From Malacoraja senta (Eukaryota), in assembly GCA_038087875.1 (NCBI GenBank), contig CM075987.1:17238001-17302000 (forward strand): 64,000 nucleotides of DNA, written 5' to 3'. Position 1 is the stretch's first letter, and every line of letters begins with the position of its first letter. The translations under genes and the position numbers were made by a program. Below are positions 24,622 through 36,835 of the stretch, one piece after another. A model generated the notes under the pieces. That model had not been told where the DNA came from, ran no database searches, and worked only from the letters and a program-made list of their open reading frames with translations.

Positions 24622-24714
24622 CTAGACACAACACACATGGAAAAAAACACAAGCTTCACAAATCTCCCTGGCTCAGGAGAAGTTTCATATTTTAATTATA
24701 TCCCGACTGCTATT

Positions 24715-26140
24715 TAGACATAGAAACATAGAAAAAATGATGCAGGAGCAGGCCATTCGGCCCTTCGAGCCATTCAATATGATCATGGCTGATCACTACC
24801 CTGTTACTGCTTTCTCCCCACATCTCTTGATTCCTTTAGCCCTAAGAGCTAAATCTAACTCTCTCTTGAAAACATCCAGTGAATTGGCCTCCACTGCCTT
24901 CTGAGGGAGAGATTTCAACAAAATCACAACTCTCTGGTTGAAATTTTTTGTCCTCATCTCAGTCCTAAATGGCCTACCCCTTATTCTTAAACTGTGACCC
25001 CTGGCTCTGGACTTCCCCAACATCGGGAACATTTTTCCTGCATCTAGCCTGTCCAGTCCTTTAAGAATTTTATATGTTTCTATAAGAAATCCTCTCATCC
25101 TTCTAAATTCCAGTGAATATATGCCCAGTCGACCCATTCTTTCATCATATGAGTCCCGCCATCCCAGGAATTAACCTGGTGAACCTACGCTGCACTGCCT
25201 CAATAGCAATAATATCCTTCCTCAAATTAGGAGACCAAACGCACACAATACTCCAGGTGTGGTCCCACCAGGGCCCTGTACAACTTTGAAACATAGAAAC
25301 ATGGAAAATAGGTGCAGGAGAAGGCCATTCAGCCCTTCGAGCCAGCACCACCATTCATTGTGATCATGGTTGATCACCCACAATCAGTAACCCGTGCCTG
25401 CCTTCTCCCCATATCCCTTGATTCCGCTAGCCCCCAGAACTCTAACTCTCTTTTAAATTCATCCAGTGAATTGGCCTCCACTGCCTTCTGTGGCAGGGAA
25501 TTCCACAAATTCACAACTCTCTGGGTGAAAAAGGTTTTTTACATCTCAGTTTTAAATGGCCTCCTCTTTATTCTTAGACTGTGGCCTCTGGTTCTGGACT
25601 CCCCCAACATTGGGAACATTTTTCCTGCATCTAGATTGTCCAGTCCTTGTGCACTCCCTCAATAGCAAGGATGTCCTTCCTCAAATTAGGAGACCAAAAC
25701 TGCACACATACTCCAGATGTGGTCTCACTAGAGCCCTGTACAACGGCAGAAGGACCTCTTCACTCCTAAACTCAAATCCTCTCGTTATGAAGGCCAACAT
25801 GCCATTAGCTTTCTTCACAGTCTGCTATACCTGCATGTTTACTTTCAGTGACTGGTGTACAAGAACACCCAGGTCTCGTTGCACTTCCCTTTTTCCTAAT
25901 CTGACACCATTGTGAATAATCTGCCTCCTTGTTCTTGCCGCCAAAGTGGATAACCTCTCATTTATCTACATTATACTGCATCTGCCATGCATCTGCCCAC
26001 TCACTCAACCTGTCCAAGTCACCCTGCAACCTCCTAGCATCCTCTTCACTGCCACCCAGCTTTGTATCATCTGAAAATTTGCTAGTGTTACTTTTAGTTC
26101 CATCATATAAATCATTAATATATATTGTAAATAGTTGTAG
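24715..26140 (-). mobile_element. Tandem CR1 3' fragments
   Basis: ORFs 24796-25137 and 25958-26251, with two CR1 tails. Confidence 0.85.
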
Positions 26141-26244
26141 AGCAGAGGGATCTAGGAGTGCAGGTAAAAAGATATCACATGGAAATAGGGTAGTCAATAA
26201 GGTCTTTGGTACATTGGCCTTCACCCACCATTGATTATTAAAGG

Positions 26245-26505
26245 TACACAAAAATGCTGGAGAAACTCAGCGGGTGCAGCAGCATCTATGGAGCGAAGGA
26301 AATAGGCATCGTTTCGGGCCGAAACCCTTCTTCAGACTGATTGTTAAAGATATTGATTATTAAAGATGGGAGAATGTGTAGGAAGGAACTGCAGATGCTA
26401 GTTTATACCGAAGATAGATACAAAGTGCTGAAGCAACAGCTAGTCAGGCAGCACCTCTAGAGAAAAAGGATGGGTGACATTTTGGGTCAGAACCTTTCTT
26501 CAGCT
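26245..26505 (-). mobile_element. Penelope-type terminal repeats with hammerhead-like motifs
   Basis: The minus strand reads CTGAAGAAGGGTTTCGGCCCGAAACG at ~26310-26335. A degenerate second copy lies at ~26470-26505. Confidence 0.75.
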
Positions 26506-26878
26506 GCAGCCTGGGGCTCCATTAGATCGGGTGGTGCTGCAAGAATCCAAGCTCACTGGTCGAATGAGGCTTCGAGAGGTATAGAGTGGTGGAGGAGGAT
26601 GTCCACAACATTGACCCAGTGTCACGGCCAGGACAACGGGGCATTCATGGCCAAGTGAAGACTCAACGCTTTTAACAACTTTGAAACATTTACATTTACA
26701 AAATACAGATACAGGATAAGGAATAACGTTTAGTGCAAGGTAAAACCAGCAAAGTCCCATCAAGGATAGTCCGAGGGTCATCTAAGATACATAGATACAT
26801 AGAAAATAGGTGCAGGAGTAGGCCATTCAATAGGATCATGGCTGATCATCCAACTCAGTATCCCGTACCTGCCTTCTC

Positions 26879-29653
26879 TCAATACCCTCTGATCCCTTTA
26901 GCCACAAGGGCCACATCTAACTCCCTCTTAAATATAGCCAATGAACTGGCCTCAACTACCCTCTGTAGCAGAGAGTTCCAGAGATTCACCACTCTCTGTG
27001 TGAAAACGTTTTTCCTCATCTCGGTCTTAAAGGATTTCCCCCTTATCCTTAAGCTGTGACCCCTTGTCCTGGACTTCCCCAACATCGGGAACAATCTTCC
27101 TGCATCTAGCCTGTCCAATCCCATAAGAATTTTGTACGTTTCTATAAGGTCCCCTCTCAATCTCCTAAATTCTAGCGAGTATAAGCCAAGTCTATCCAGT
27201 CTTTCTTCATATGAAAGTCCTGACATCCCAGGAATCAATCTGGTGAACCTTCTCTGCACTCCGTCTATGGCTATAATGTCCTTCCTCAGATTTGGAGACC
27301 AAAACTGTACGCAATACTCCAGGTGTGGTCTCACCAAGACCCTGTAAAACTGCAGTAGAACCTCCCTGCTCCTATACTCAAATCCTCTTGCTATGAAAGC
27401 CAACATACCATTCGCTTTCTTCACTGCCTGCTGCACCTGCATGCCTACTTTCAATGACTGGTATACCATGACACCCAGGTCTCGCTGCATCTCCCCATTT
27501 CCTAATCGGCCACCATTTAGATAATAGTCTGCCTTCCCGTTTTTGCCACCAAAGTGGATAACCTCACATTTATCCACATTATACTGCATCTGCCAAACAT
27601 TTGCCCACTCCCCCAGCCTATCCAAGTCACCTTGCAGTCTCCTAGCATCCTCCTCACAGCTAACACTGCCCCCCAGCTTAGTGTCATCCGCAAACTTGGA
27701 GATGTTGCTTTCAATTCCCTCGTCCAGATCATTAATATAAATTGTAAATAGCTGGGGTCCCAGCACTGAGCCTTGCGGTACCCCACTAGTCACTGCCTGC
27801 CATTGTGAAAAGGTCCCGTTTACTCCTACTCTTTGCTTCCTGTTTGCCAGCCAGTTCTCTATCCACATCAATACTGAACCCCCAATACCGTATGATTTAA
27901 GTTTGTAACCTATTCTCTTATGTGGTACCTTGTCGAAAGCCTTCTGAAAGTCCAGATACAACACATCCACTGGTTCTCCCCTATCCACTCTACTAGTTAC
28001 ATCCTCGGAAAATTCTATAAGATTCGTCAGACACGATTTACCTTTCGTAAATCCATGCTGACTTTGTCCAATCATTTCACCACTTTCCAAATGTGCTGCT
28101 GTCCCATCTTTAATAACTGACTCTAGCAGTTTCCCCACTACCGATGTTAGACTAACTGGTCTGTAATTCCCCGTTTTCTCTCTCCCTCCATTCTTAAAAA
28201 GTGGGGTTACGTTTGCTACCCTCCAATCCTCAGGAACTACTCCAGAATCTAAAGAGTTTTGAAAAATTATCACTAATGCATCCACTATTTCTGGAGCTAC
28301 TTCCTTAAGTACTCTGGGATGCAGCCTATCTGGCCCTGGTGATTTATCGGCCTTTAATCCATTCAATTTACCCAACACCACTTCCCGACTAACCTGGATT
28401 TCACTCAGTTCCTCCATCTCCTTTGACCCGCGGTCCCCTGCTATTTCCGGCATATTATTTATGTCTTCCTTAGTCAAGACGGAACCAAAGTAGTTATTCA
28501 ATTGGTCCGCCATATCCTTGTTCCCCATGATCAATTCAACTGTTTCTGACTGCAAGGGACCTACATTTGTTTGAACTAATCTCTTTCTCTTCACATATCT
28601 ATAAAAACTTTTGCAGTCAGTTTTTATGTTCCCTGCCAGTTTTCTTTCATAATCTATTTTCCCTTTCCTAATTAAGCCCTTTGTCCTCCTCTGCTGGTCT
28701 CTGAATTTCTCCCAGTCCTCTGGTATGCTGCTTTTTCTGGCTAATTTGTACGCATCATCTTTTGCTTTGATACTATCCCTGATTTCCCTTGTTATCCACG
28801 GATGCACTACCTTCCCTGATTTATTCTTTTGCCAAACTGGGATGAACAATTTTTGTAGTTCATCCATGCAGTCTTTAAATGCCTTCCATTGCATATCCAC
28901 CGTCAACCCTTTTAGAACTAATTGCCAGTCAATCTTGGCCAATTCACATCTCATACCCTCAAAGTTACCTTTCTTTAAGTTCAGAACCGTTGTTTCTGAA
29001 TTAACAATGTCACTCTCCATCCTAATGAAGAACTCAACCATATTATGGTCACACTTGCCCAAGGGGGCACACACAACAAGACTGCTAACTAACCATTCCT
29101 CATTACTCAATACCCAGTCTAGAATAGCCTGCTCTCTCGTTGGTTCCTCTACATGTTGGTTTAGATAACTATCCCGCATACATTCCAAGAAATCCTCTTC
29201 CTCAGCACCACTGCCAATTTGATTCACCCAATCTATATGTAGATTGAAGTCACCCATTATAACTGTTTTGCCTTTGTTGCACGCATTTCTAATTTCCCGT
29301 TTGATGCCATCCCCAACTTCACTACTACTGCTAGGTGGCCTGTACACAACACCCACCAGCGTTTTCTGCCCCTTAGTGTTTCGCAGCTCTACCCATACCG
29401 ATTCCACATCCTCCAAGCTAATGTCCTTCCTTTCCACTGCGTTAATCTCCTCTCTAACCAGCAACGCTACCCCACCTCCTTTTCCTTTCTCTCTATCCCT
29501 CCTGAATATTGAATATCCCTGGATGTTCAGCTCCCAGCCTTGGTCACCCTGGAGCCATGTCTCCGTGATCCCAACTATATCATAATCATTAATAGCTATC
29601 TGCACGTTCAACTCATCCACCTTATTACGAATGCTCCTTGCATTGAGACACAA
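26879..29653 (-). CDS. CR1 ORF2 (APE endonuclease plus reverse transcriptase), 924 aa, about 8 aa short at the C-terminus
   Basis: Endonuclease motifs NARS, ITETW, GDFN and DH. RT motifs [28 protein letters not shown] and FADD. A premature TGA replaces GGA near the end relative to the 51.4 kb copy. Confidence 0.93.
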   Translation of the reverse strand: MCLNARSIRNKVDELNVQIAINDYDIVGITETWLQGDQGWELNIQGYSIFRRDREKGKGGGVALLVREEINAVERKDISLEDVESVWVELRNTKGQKTLVGVVYRPPSSSSEVGDGIKREIRNACNKGKTVIMGDFNLHIDWVNQIGSGAEEEDFLECMRDSYLNQHVEEPTREQAILDWVLSNEEWLVSSLVVCAPLGKCDHNMVEFFIRMESDIVNSETTVLNLKKGNFEGMRCELAKIDWQLVLKGLTVDMQWKAFKDCMDELQKLFIPVWQKNKSGKVVHPWITREIRDSIKAKDDAYKLARKSSIPEDWEKFRDQQRRTKGLIRKGKIDYERKLAGNIKTDCKSFYRYVKRKRLVQTNVGPLQSETVELIMGNKDMADQLNNYFGSVLTKEDINNMPEIAGDRGSKEMEELSEIQVSREVVLGKLNGLKADKSPGPDRLHPRVLKEVAPEIVDALVIIFQNSLDSGVVPEDWRVANVTPLFKNGGREKTGNYRPVSLTSVVGKLLESVIKDGTAAHLESGEMIGQSQHGFTKGKSCLTNLIEFSEDVTSRVDRGEPVDVLYLDFQKAFDKVPHKRIGYKLKSYGIGGSVLMWIENWLANRKQRVGVNGTFSQWQAVTSGVPQGSVLGPQLFTIYINDLDEGIESNISKFADDTKLGGSVSCEEDARRLQGDLDRLGEWANVWQMQYNVDKCEVIHFGGKNGKADYYLNGGRLGNGEMQRDLGVMVYQSLKVGMQVQQAVKKANGMLAFIARGFEYRSREVLLQFYRVLVRPHLEYCVQFWSPNLRKDIIAIDGVQRRFTRLIPGMSGLSYEERLDRLGLYSLEFRRLRGDLIETYKILMGLDRLDAGRLFPMLGKSRTRGHSLRIRGKSFKTEMRKNVFTQRVVNLWNSLLQRVVEASSLAIFKRELDVALVAKGIRGY

Positions 29654-29967
29654 AGCCTTCAGGCTTGTTTTTACAACGATCTTACCCCTTATACAATCAT
29701 GTTGAAAAGTGGCCCTTTTTGATTTTTGCCCTGGATTTGTCTGCCTGCCTTTTACTTTGCACCTTGCTACCTATTGTTTCCACCCGCATTTTACACCCCT
29801 CTGTTTCTCTGCTCACCCATTTAAGAACCCCACCACCTCTTATTCTCTGTTTATTATTGTTTTCTTCTTTCCCCCTACATGTTGGGTCTGAGTGCTTTCC
29901 TTCTCTGCCTCCTGCCTCACACACTGTCTAATAGCTTTCTCTATTTGAGTCCCTCCCCCCAACCATT

Positions 29968-30930
29968 CTAGTTTAAAGTCTCCCCAGTAGCCTTTGCAGA
30001 TCTCCCCGCCAGGATATCGGTCCCCCTCAGGTTCAAGTGCAACCCATCCTTTTTGTACAGGTCGAACCTTCCACAAAAGAGGTCCCAATGATCCAGAAAT
30101 TTGAATCCCTGCCTCCTGCACCAGTCCTTCAGCCACGCATTTATCCTCCACCTCGCTCCATTCCTACTCTCACTGTCCCGTGGCCCAGGCAGTAATCCCG
30201 AGATTGTTACCTTTGCTGTCCTTCTCTTTAACTCCCCTCCTAACTCCCTAAATTCTCCTTTCAGGACCTCTTCTCTTTTTTTACCTATGTCATTGGTACC
30301 TATATGTATCACAACCTCGGGCTCCTCTCCCTGCCCTTTCAGGATATCTTGGACACGTTGAGACACATCACAGACCCTGGCACCAGGGAGGCAAACTACC
30401 ATCCGGGTCTCCCGACTGCATCCACAGAATCGCCTGTCTGACCCCCTAACTATAGAGTCCCCTATTAGTATTGCCCTCCTCTTCTTTTCCTTACCCTTCT
30501 GAGCAACAGGGTTGGTCTCTATACCGGAGGCCCGGCCGCTGTCGCTACCCCCAGGTAGGCTGTCCCCCCCAACAGTGCTCAAACAGGAGTACTTATTGTC
30601 ATGGTGTACAGCCACCGGGGTACTCTGTAGTCCCTGCCTGTGCCCCTTGCCTCTCCCAACCGTGATCCACTTGCCTGCCTCCTGTGGTCTTGGAGTGACC
30701 ACCTCCCTGTAACTCCTCTCAATGACTTCCTCGCTCTCCCTGACCAGACGGAGGTCATCGAGCTGCTGCTCCAGGTTCCTAATACAGTCCATTAGTAGCC
30801 CCATCTCGATACACCTGGCGCAGATGTGGACGTCTGGAGAGCTATCAGACTCCATGACTTTCCACATCTGACATCCAGAACAGTAAACTGCCCTGGCCCT
30901 CATACTCCCCTTACCTAGGATACAATACAA
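29968..30930 (-). CDS. CR1 ORF1 (Cys-rich Zn finger, coiled coil, SGNH/GDSL esterase)
   Basis: CxxC...CxxC at the N-terminus. The motifs GDSIVRG, GTND and DGLHLN are typical of the CR1 ORF1 esterase. Confidence 0.9.
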   Translation of the reverse strand: MYCILGKGSMRARAVYCSGCQMWKVMESDSSPDVHICARCIEMGLLMDCIRNLEQQLDDLRLVRESEEVIERSYREVVTPRPQEAGKWITVGRGKGHRQGLQSTPVAVHHDNKYSCLSTVGGDSLPGGSDSGRASGIETNPVAQKGKEKKRRAILIGDSIVRGSDRRFCGCSRETRMVVCLPGARVCDVSQRVQDILKGQGEEPEVVIHIGTNDIGKKREEVLKGEFRELGGELKRRTAKVTISGLLPGPRDSESRNGARWRINAWLKDWCRRQGFKFLDHWDLFCGRFDLYKKDGLHLNLRGTDILAGRSAKATGETLN

Positions 30931-31035
30931 AACAAACTGCTACAATACAAATCAAACTGCTACAATACAAAACAAACTGCTACAATACAAAACAAACTGC
31001 TACAATACAAAACAAACTGCTACAATACAGTACAA
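30920..31035. repeat. 20-bp tandem repeat (TACAATACAAAACAAACTGC) x~5.5 in the CR1 5' region
   Basis: Directly visible tandem units. Confidence 0.9.
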
Positions 31036-31268
31036 TCAGCAGGGATCTGACTCCCAATCAGCTGGGATCTGACTCCCAATCTGCTGCTCCCTCTTGTCTG
31101 CTTCCACCAATCAGCGGCTTCCTTAAGCCCACTTGTTTTTGAAGTGCGAGTGGAACTTGGAACGTTACAGATTCAGGCCTCTGTAAGAAGCAAGCCCCGC
31201 GCTCCACTTTAACTCCTAACGCTCGGGTGTAGCTCCTCCCTCTGCGACCGACCTCTCCAACGGCTCTT

Positions 31269-31700
31269 ACAGTAGATAGTAGTTCAGGACTACTCTCTGG
31301 TTGTTGTGGGATGGTTCAGTTGCCTGATAACAGCTTGGAAGAAACTGTCCCTGAATCTGGAGGTGTGCGTTTTCACACTTCTGTACCTTTTGCCTGATGG
31401 GAGAGGGGAGAAGAGGGAGTGACCAGGGTGAGACGAGTCCCATGTTTATGCTGCTGGCCTTACTGAGGCAGCGTGAGGTGTAGATGGAGTCAATGGAAGG
31501 GAGGTTGGTTTGTGTGATGGTCTGGGCTGCGTCCACAATTCTCTGCAATTTCTTGCGGTCTTGGATGGAGCTGTTCCCAAAGCAAGCTGTGATGCATCCT
31601 GATAAAATGCTTTCTACGGTGCATCTGTAAAAGTTGCTGAGAGTTGTATGGGACATGCCAAATTTCCTGAGCCTTCTAAGGAAGTAGAGGTGTTGATGAC
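31269..31700 (-). mobile_element. Rex1/Babar-clade fragment (its 3' part is at ~26685-26785, across the CR1)
   Basis: Peptide LYFLRRLRKFGMS..NFYRCTVESILSGCITA (DUF1891-like). Confidence 0.85.
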
Positions 31701-31812
31701 GACAAACAGGCTTTGTCATGAGAAGTCAAGTGTACTTCTCACTCCCCAGTTGCTACTACACCTGCTTGGCTTGTTTAGTTGAATTTAGAAGACATTTCTC
31801 GGTTTGTCATAC

Positions 31813-31892
31813 CTGATATTTGGCAATGACTGCTGCTCAGACACAGACACATTGCCTCGAGAGATTCCACTTGGGGACGCATACCTTTCTCC
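31813..31892 (-). CDS. FBXO41: FBXO41 short coding exon (GERYASPSGISRGNVSVSEQQSLPNI+AG)
   Basis: Acceptor ttttttttgttatctag|G and donor ATCAG|gtatga. 80 nt, open frame. Phase 0 to 2 exactly bridges the flanking exons. Not in the ORF track and poorly conserved in sequence. Confidence 0.8.
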
Positions 31893-31959
31893 CTAGATAA
31901 CAAAAAAAATGGAATTCAAAATTAGGAACAATCTAAACCAGTCACAGGCAAACATTTAG

Positions 31960-33500
31960 GAGCATAGAAAATAGGTGCAGGAGTAACTAATTTGTACTGA
32001 CCAATAGCACCATTCAATGTGATCATGGCTGATCATCCAAAATCAGCACCTCGTTCCTGCCTTCTCCCCATATCCCTTGAATCCGTTAGCCCTCAGAGCT
32101 ATATCTAACTTTCTCTTGAAAACATCCAGTGAATTGGGCTCCACTGCGTTCTGTGGCAGAGAATTCCACAGATTCACAACTCTCGGGGGGGGGGGGGGGG
32201 GGGGGGGGGAGTTTTTCCTCATCTCAGTCCTAAATGGCCTACCGCTTAAACTTAAACTGTGACCCCTGGTTCTGGACTCCTCTGACATCAGGAATATTTT
32301 TCCTACATCTAGCCTGTACAAACCCCCAAGAATTTTACATTTCTATAAGATCTTCTCTCATCCTTCAAAGTTCCAGTGAATACAAGCCCAGTCGACCCAT
32401 TCTTTCATCATATGTCAGTCCCGCCATCCCGGGATTTAACCTGGTGAACTTACGCTGCACTCCCTCAATAGCAATAATGTCCTTCCTCAAATTAGGAGAC
32501 CAAAATCGCATACAATACTCCAGGTGTGGTCCCACCAGGGCCCTGCAGTAGGACCTCCTTGCTCCTAAACTCAAATCCTCTCGCAATGAAGGCCAACATG
32601 CCATTAGCTTTCTTCACTGCCTGTTGTACCTGCATGCTTACTTTCAGTGACTGATGTACAAGGACACCCAGGTCTCGTTACACCTCCCCTTTTCCTAATC
32701 TGACACCATTCAGATAATAATCTGCCTTCTTGTTCTTGCCACCAAAGTGGATAACCTCACATTTGTCCACATTTAACTGCATCTGCCCACTCACCCAATC
32801 TATCCATGTCAGCCTGCGGTCTCATAGCATCTTCCTCGCAGCTCACACTGCCACCTAGCTTTGTGTCATCCACAAATTTGGAGATGTTAAATTGTTCATA
32901 TATATTGTAAACAACTGCGGTCCCAGCACCAAGCCTTGCGGCACCCCATTAGTCACTGCCTGTCATTCTGAAAAGGACCCGTTAATTCCAACTCTTTGTT
33001 TCCTGTCTGCAACCAATTCTCTATCCATGTCGATACCCTACCCCCAGTACCACGTGCTCTAATTTTGCACACTAATCTCCTATGTGGGACCTTATCAAAG
33101 ATTTCTGAAAGTCCAAATACACTACATCCACTGGCTCCCCTTGTCCATTTTACTTGTCACATCCTCAAAGAATTCCAGAAGATTAGTCAAGCAGGATTTC
33201 CCCTTCATAAATCCATGCAGACTTGGACCAATCCTTTCACTGCTATCCAAATGTGCCCTTTAATAATTGACTCCAGCATCTTCCCCACCACTGATGTCAG
33301 GCCAACTGGTCTATAATTCCCTGTTTTCTCTCTCACTCCTTCCTTGAAAAGTGGGATAACATTAGCTACCCTCCAATCCATAAGAACTGATCCCGAATCT
33401 ATTGAACAGTGGAGGATGATCACCATTGCATCCACGATTTCTAGAGCCACCTCCTTGAGTACCCTGGAATGCAGACCATCAGGCCCTGGGGATTTATCTG
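31960..33500 (-). mobile_element. Degenerate CR1 RT fragment
   Basis: ORFs 32043-32321, 32365-32604 and 33205-33450. Confidence 0.85.
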
Positions 33501-34334
33501 CGGATTGTGGATTTATGTGGATTGATTTTATCTTTTCAGAATTTGATCATCACGGTAAAAGCCAACTTATCATAGAACCTAGAACAGTTCATAAAGAACA
33601 TAAGGCACAGGACCTTCAGCCCACAATGTCCATGGCGAACATGATGCCAAGACCATCTCTTAGCTGCCTGCCTGGAATCCACATGCCCCATGTGCCCATC
33701 CAAAGGTCTGTTAATGCCGTTGCCATGTCGACCACCTTGACCACCCAAAAGCTCCTTCCAGCCTCTCATCAACCTCTGTGTAAACAGAGTTGCCCCGCAC
33801 ATCTTTTTCAACCTTCGCCCTCTCACCCAACAGCTGTCCTCCAAGATACTTCTACCCAGGAAAAACTGGTCAGACTATTAACCCTATCAATATCCTCTCA
33901 CAATTGTATTTGCTCCCTCAACATCCAGTGTTGCAGCAGTCCAAGTCTGCCCACTGCCTGTAGTTGATGCCCACGAATCTGTGGAATTCTCTGTCTCTCT
34001 GGATGCTTTCAAGAGAGAGCTAGATAGAGCTCTTAAAAATAGCAGAGTCAGGGGATATGGGGAGAAGGCAGGAACGGGGTACTGATTGGGGATGATCAGC
34101 CATGATCATATTGAATGGCGGTGCTGGCTCGAAGGGCCGAATGGTCTCCTCCTGCACCTATTGTCTAATCCAGGCAACATTCTGGGAAACCTCCTCTGCA
34201 CCCTTTCCAGAGTCTTCACATCCTTCCTGTAAAGGGGTGACCAGAGCTGCACATAATACTCCAAACACAGCCTGACCAAAGTCCTGTAGAGCTGCATCAT
34301 GACTTATAGAAACAAGCAACTGCAGATGGTTTCA

Positions 34335-36835
34335 GTGGAGTTTATTGTCACGTGTACCAAGGTACAGTGAAAGGCTTTTGTGGCGTGCTATAAAGATAAT
34401 GCATGATTACAGTCGAGCCATTTACAGTGTACAGATACAGGATAAAGAGAATAACATTTAATGCAAGGTAAAGCCAGTAACTTCCAAGTAAAGATTGGTC
34501 ATCAATGAGGTAGTTAGTAGTTCAGGACTGCTCTCTAGTTGTGGTAGGATGGTTCAGTTGCCTAATAACAGCCGGGAAGAAACTGTCCCTGAATCTGGAG
34601 GTGTGCGTTTTCACACTTCTGTACCTTTTTCCTGATGGGAGAGGAGAGAAGAAGGAGCGACTTGTATTCGATGCTGCTGCTGCTGGCCTTGCCGAGGCAG
34701 CGCGAGGTATAAATAGAGTCAATGGAAGTGAGGTTGGTTTGTGTGATGGTCTGGGCTGCGTCCACAATTTGCTGCAATATCTTGCGGTCTTGGATGGAGA
34801 TTGGACCAAGCAGTACTGCATCTTGATAAAAGCTTTCTGTGGCGCAACTATAGACATTGGTGAGAGTTGTAGGAGACATGCCTAAGCCTAAGGAGGTAGA
34901 GGCGTTGGTGTGCTTTTGTGGTCGTTGCTTCAATATGGGTGGTCCAGGTGAAAATATTGACTCCTACGTAGGTGCCAATACAAACTGGGGTCACTTGCTG
35001 AGGTCCATCACTATCTCCTGTGTCTTTCTGACATTGAAAGGTTGTTGTCACGACACCAGGTTCTCGATCTCCTTCCTGCACTCCGTCTCATCATCATTTG
35101 GTGCAGGATTCCCAGAAGGTTAATCAGCAAGTCAAATCAGTAGTAAGGAAAGCAAACTCAATGCTAGATTATTTCAAGATGGCTTGTATACAAAAACAGG
35201 AATATAAAACCGGGGCTCGAAAAGGCACTGGTCAGGCCGCATTTGGAATTTCATGAGCAATTTTGGGCCCCATATCTGAGGAAGGATGTGCTGGCTCTGA
35301 AGAGGGTCAAGATTCAAGATTCAAGAGAGTTTATTGTCATGTGTCCCAGATAGGACAATGAAATTCTTGCTTTGCTTCAGCACAACAGAATATAGCATAA
35401 ATAGATGCAGAACAGATCAGTGTGACCATATACTATTGAATATATATATACACACACATAAATAATCAGATAAAGTGCTATGGGCTATTAATGTTCAGAG
35501 TTTTGTTTGAGTTGAGTTTAATAGCCTGATGGCTGTGGGGAAGTAGCTATTCCTGAACCTGGATGTTGCAGATTTCAGGCTCCTGTACCTTCTACCTGAA
35601 GGTAGCGGGGAGATGAGTGTGTGGCCAGGATGGTGTGGGTCCTTGATGATGTTGGCAGCCTTTTTGAGGCAGCGACTGTGGTAAATCCCCTCGATGGAAG
35701 GGAGGTCAGAGCCGATGATGGACTGGGCAGTGTTTACTACTTTTTGTAGTCTTTTCCGCTCCTGGGCGCTCAAGTTGCCGAACCAAGCCACGATGCAACC
35801 GGTCAGCATGCTCTCTACTGTGCACCTGTAGAAGTTAGAGAGAGTCCTCCTTGACAAACCGACTCTCCGTAATCTTCTCAGGAAGTAGAGGCGCTGATGT
35901 GCTTTCTTTATAATTGCATCAGTGTTCTCGGACCAGGAGAGATCTTCAGAGATGCGCACGCCCAGGAATTTGAAGGTCCAGAGGTTTACAATAATTATCC
36001 CAGGAATTAGTAGGTTAACCTATGAACCTAACCTAAAGAAATTTCTTTAGTCAGAGGGTGGTGAATCTGTGGAATTCTTTGCCACAGAAAGCTGTGGAAG
36101 CCAAGTCAGTGGATATTTTTAAGGCAGAGATAGATTCCTGATTAGTACGGGTGTCAGAGGTTATTGGGAGAAGGCAGGAGAATGGGGTTAGGAGATAGAT
36201 CAGCCATGATTGAATGGTGGAGTAGACTTGATGGCCTAATTCTATAAATGGCCTAATTCTATTATCATTTATGACCTTTTATACGGCCCACAATGGTGGT
36301 ATCATCTGTGAATTTGTAAATTGAATTAGATGTGTACATGGCTACACAGTCGTGGGTGTACAAGGAGTAAAGAAGGGGGCTGAGAACCTAGCCTTGCGGA
36401 GCACCAGTGTTGAGGATCATCGTAGAGGATGATTTGTTCCCTATCCTCACTGACTGGGGTCTGTTGGTCTGGAAGTCGAGGATCCAGTTATAGTGATGAG
36501 TGCTGACTCCAAGTCAGGTTGGTGATGAGCTGAATTCCCTGGGCAGGTCGTAGGGACGACACTTCAGTCAGATATTGCAGTTCCGGGCAACATGAACTCG
36601 TCAGGACTGCCATGTCTGAGCACCACGAGGTATTAATTAGAAAGCAGACACCACCGCCTCTAACCTTGCCTGAAGATGCTGTACAGTCCATCTGGTGAAG
36701 GAAGAAGCCATCGGGCTGTATGTCAGGGGTGAGCCACGTCTCTGTGAAACAGAGCAGTCTCTCACTTCTTTCAGTCAAGTCATTCCAGCTCCAAGTTCAC
36801 CCAGCTTATTTCCCATGGATTCCATGTTAGCCAGT
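34335..36835 (-). mobile_element. Rex1/Babar-clade fragments (34335-35100, 35310-35975, 36290-36835) interleaved with CR1 pieces
   Basis: ORF 35495-35959 has KKAHQRLYFLRRL. ORF 36488-36778 has LCFTETWL...RGGGVC (APE endonuclease). Confidence 0.82.

Larger units (their letters stand above)
26786..31268 (-). mobile_element. Near full-length CR1-clade LINE (5' UTR, ORF1, ORF2, (TATCTATG)n tail)
   Basis: ORF1 at 29968-30930, ORF2 at 26879-29653, and an octamer tail at ~26787-26808. It splits a Rex/Babar fragment. Confidence 0.95.

Noticed and set aside
27132..30712. Plus-strand ORFs recurring at each CR1 copy (e.g. MKSPIITVLPLL...)
   Set aside because: Antisense shadow frames of the CR1 ORFs. 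Their recurrence reflects repeat copy number, not separate genes.
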